From Pocillopora damicornis (Eukaryota), in the NCBI RefSeq assembly GCF_003704095.1, contig NW_020847607.1, positions 124,001 to 188,000 of the forward strand: 64,000 bases of DNA. Direction: 5' to 3'. The stretch's first letter is position 1, and every line of letters begins with the position of its first letter. The notes below the pieces were generated by a model. It ran no database searches and had not been told where the DNA came from. It was given only the letters and a program-made list of their open reading frames with translations. The translations under genes were made by a program, and so were the position numbers. Below, piece after piece: positions 63,101-64,000 of this stretch.

Positions 63101-63803
63101 TTTGCATTCATACAATCCTTCTGCAAGTCTAACTGTTCTGTACATCTGCATTTAGCAGAGCAAGAAGTGGATCCTGTGTTCTGATTGGTAAGCTAAACAG
63201 GCAAAAAGCTCAGAATTGCCTGATATTATCAGGTAAAAAGGAAATAGATTGTTGTGGCTAATTTACATTCTTCCCTCTTTGAACCCACTTTTTTTTCCTT
63301 ATTTAGATAAAAGTTCTCTATCCAAACCACAATTAATTTCAGTTTACTTGGTGGATTAATTTCTTTGGTTATCTTTTGGAAAGGAAATAATTCTCATAAA
63401 ACTGTTGTTCAATTATGAAAGCCACATCTTCTATCTTGGCAATTAAAATGCAAGACAAAAGAACTTGGCCATTAGAGAACTATCTTGATGTTAATTAAGA
63501 TGCAAGGCTTTTTCAAGAAGCATAAACTGCAGCGTGAATGGTTTCCCTTTAAGATTCTGCAATCTTAACTTACTTAACAAGAGATATGAATTGCTCAGTA
63601 GTTTTAACCATTAAACAAGGTTCTTCATAACCAACCAAGGAAAACACAATGCCAACAATTAGTGAATCTTTAATTTTAACTCAAAATTTTGCTTGCGCTT
63701 ACAGCATGAACCTTAATAAGTGTATGAAGTTATGAGTCCATCAACAAACCAATTGTCCTTTGGCTCCTTCCAGTCCTCTTCTTCCAGGTACTCCAGGAGC
63801 TCC
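33798..63803 (-). CDS. Gene F: fibrillar collagen alpha chain (major helix, C-telopeptide, COLFI); 5' part lies beyond the window
   Basis: 45 phase-0 Gly-X-Y exons (35x54, 4x45, 1x108, 2x36, 2x18, 1x30 nt; ~768 helix residues), low coordinates: 63750, 62803, 61990, 61409, 60962, 60744, 59909, 59243, 58296, 57601, 57167, 56661, 55935, 55227, 54432, 53995, 53662, 53350, 53202, 52343, 51694, 51520, 51305, 50937, 50409, 49970, 49124, 48320, 47782, 47278, 46554, 45769, 45098, 44539, 43718, 43556, 42507, 41820, 41374, 40380, 39911, 39597, 38997, 38362, 37866. Then 37331-37272 ([20 protein letters not shown]), 37136-37083 and the COLFI exons. Confidence 0.95.
36065..36212 (+). mobile_element. CORE-like SINE relic
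   Basis: acactttactctcacagtgcatctctccacccaggagtataaa...gggtaaccctgcgattgac resembles cnidarian CORE-type SINEs (from recall). Confidence 0.5.
38794..38967. mobile_element. piggyBac-like MITE
   Basis: TIRs CCCTTTAACTCCC / GGGACTTAAAGGG flanked by TCAA and TTAA; truncated copy at 13139-13255; related ends at ~1110-1261 and 49741-49928. Confidence 0.7.
40665..40912. repeat. Imperfect (GACA)n microsatellite
   Basis: cagacagaca runs; source of the spurious CLSV-rich ORFs. Confidence 0.9.
40983..41235. repeat. CCAAT/ATTGG-rich dispersed repeat family (also ~2660-2860, 9625-9730, 46190-46480, 51790-52000)
   Basis: Recurrent gtgattggtt...ccaatcaga...tttcccgcgct motif set in several introns. Confidence 0.55.
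41648..41701. repeat. Direct repeat, 2 x ~26 bp
   Basis: gtaacctccactatttataactaattg twice. Confidence 0.85.
45317..45700 (+). repeat. Degenerate 18-bp (hexapeptide-like) tandem repeat in a gene F intron
   Basis: [60 protein letters not shown], continuing after a frameshift as [12 protein letters not shown] ... [17 protein letters not shown]. Confidence 0.7.
49741..49928. mobile_element. MITE copy (same family as 6862-7334, no array)
   Basis: Shares ttgtaaattagttatgagaa and aatcacttctgggagtttacgggttaa with the 6862 element. Confidence 0.6.
52867..53138. repeat. 11-bp minisatellite (~21 copies) with an inverted terminal unit
   Basis: (A/G)TGGACCT(G/A)CA units to ~53096; ggtccattgc near 53130 is an inverted copy. 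Confidence 0.9.
55008..55100 (+). mobile_element. Penelope-like terminal fragment (family also at 61243-61390 +, 24097-24365 -, 34994-35260 -)
   Basis: ctgacgaagggcgaacgctgaacacgtcagc...tttacattatcaactcagtt shared among four loci. Confidence 0.55.
55440..55700 (+). mobile_element. SINE relic with Deu/Nin-like central domain
   Basis: gtcttcttggataaaggcaataaactgtaggcc...cgttaaagaacgtacgcacttctcgcaaagtgtaggg...ccggttgggtggcc resembles the Deu-domain consensus as I recall it; preceded by a decayed tRNA-like head. Confidence 0.55.
62185..62710 (+). mobile_element. Two tandem ~247-bp units of a tRNA-derived (SINE-like) repeat
   Basis: tRNA-like cores at 62317-62389 and 62564-62636 with A box TAGCTCAGTTGG and B box GGTTCAAATCC; stems mismatched; flanks duplicated. 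Confidence 0.75.
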
Positions 63804-64000
63804 CTAAAGATGAAATGAACAAACCCTTTTTATAATCCTAGATACAAGGCTGATAAAAATCAGAACAACCCAACATCTCCAATGCAGGTTGAGAAGTACT
63901 ATTTCCAAAACGAGAGCGAGTGTTTCATCGGGGTATCCAAACACCAAGAAACAAATGAAAGCACGAGGCTGTGGGTTGAGTTTTTGTAAAGGAGCTAAAT

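Overview
Eukaryotic, intron-rich, AT-rich DNA with four assembly gaps, most likely a cnidarian (stony-coral-like; inferred from WAP/VWA-bearing fibrillar collagens and the repeat families). I rebuilt exon chains by hand from GT-AG sites and reading phase. Two fibrillar collagen genes lie on the minus strand at the window ends. Gene A (12172 to <204) has a ~977-aa N-propeptide (SP-WAP-VWA-VWA-WAP-VWA-WAP-VWA), a minor helix, a telopeptide and the start of the major helix. Gene F (>63803 to 33798) has 45 visible Gly-X-Y exons, a C-telopeptide and a variant COLFI domain. Between them sit three small secreted, helix-less genes built from the same modules with the same intron phases: B (SP-VWA), C (SP-furin site-WAP-VWA) and D (SP-WAP-VWA), plus an orphan duplicate of D's signal-peptide exon. 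Gene A also carries a candidate alternative terminal exon (branch point, acceptor, VSA-stop, AATAAA) just before the first collagen exon, which would give a helix-less isoform. The main hypothesis is a collagen locus that encodes free N-propeptide-like WAP/VWA proteins both by gene duplication and by alternative termination. Introns contain minisatellites, TTAA-flanked MITEs, SINE relics, a decayed hexapeptide-repeat ORF and a CpG-depleted zone. No prokaryotic features or CRISPR. All gene models are manual and lack transcript support.
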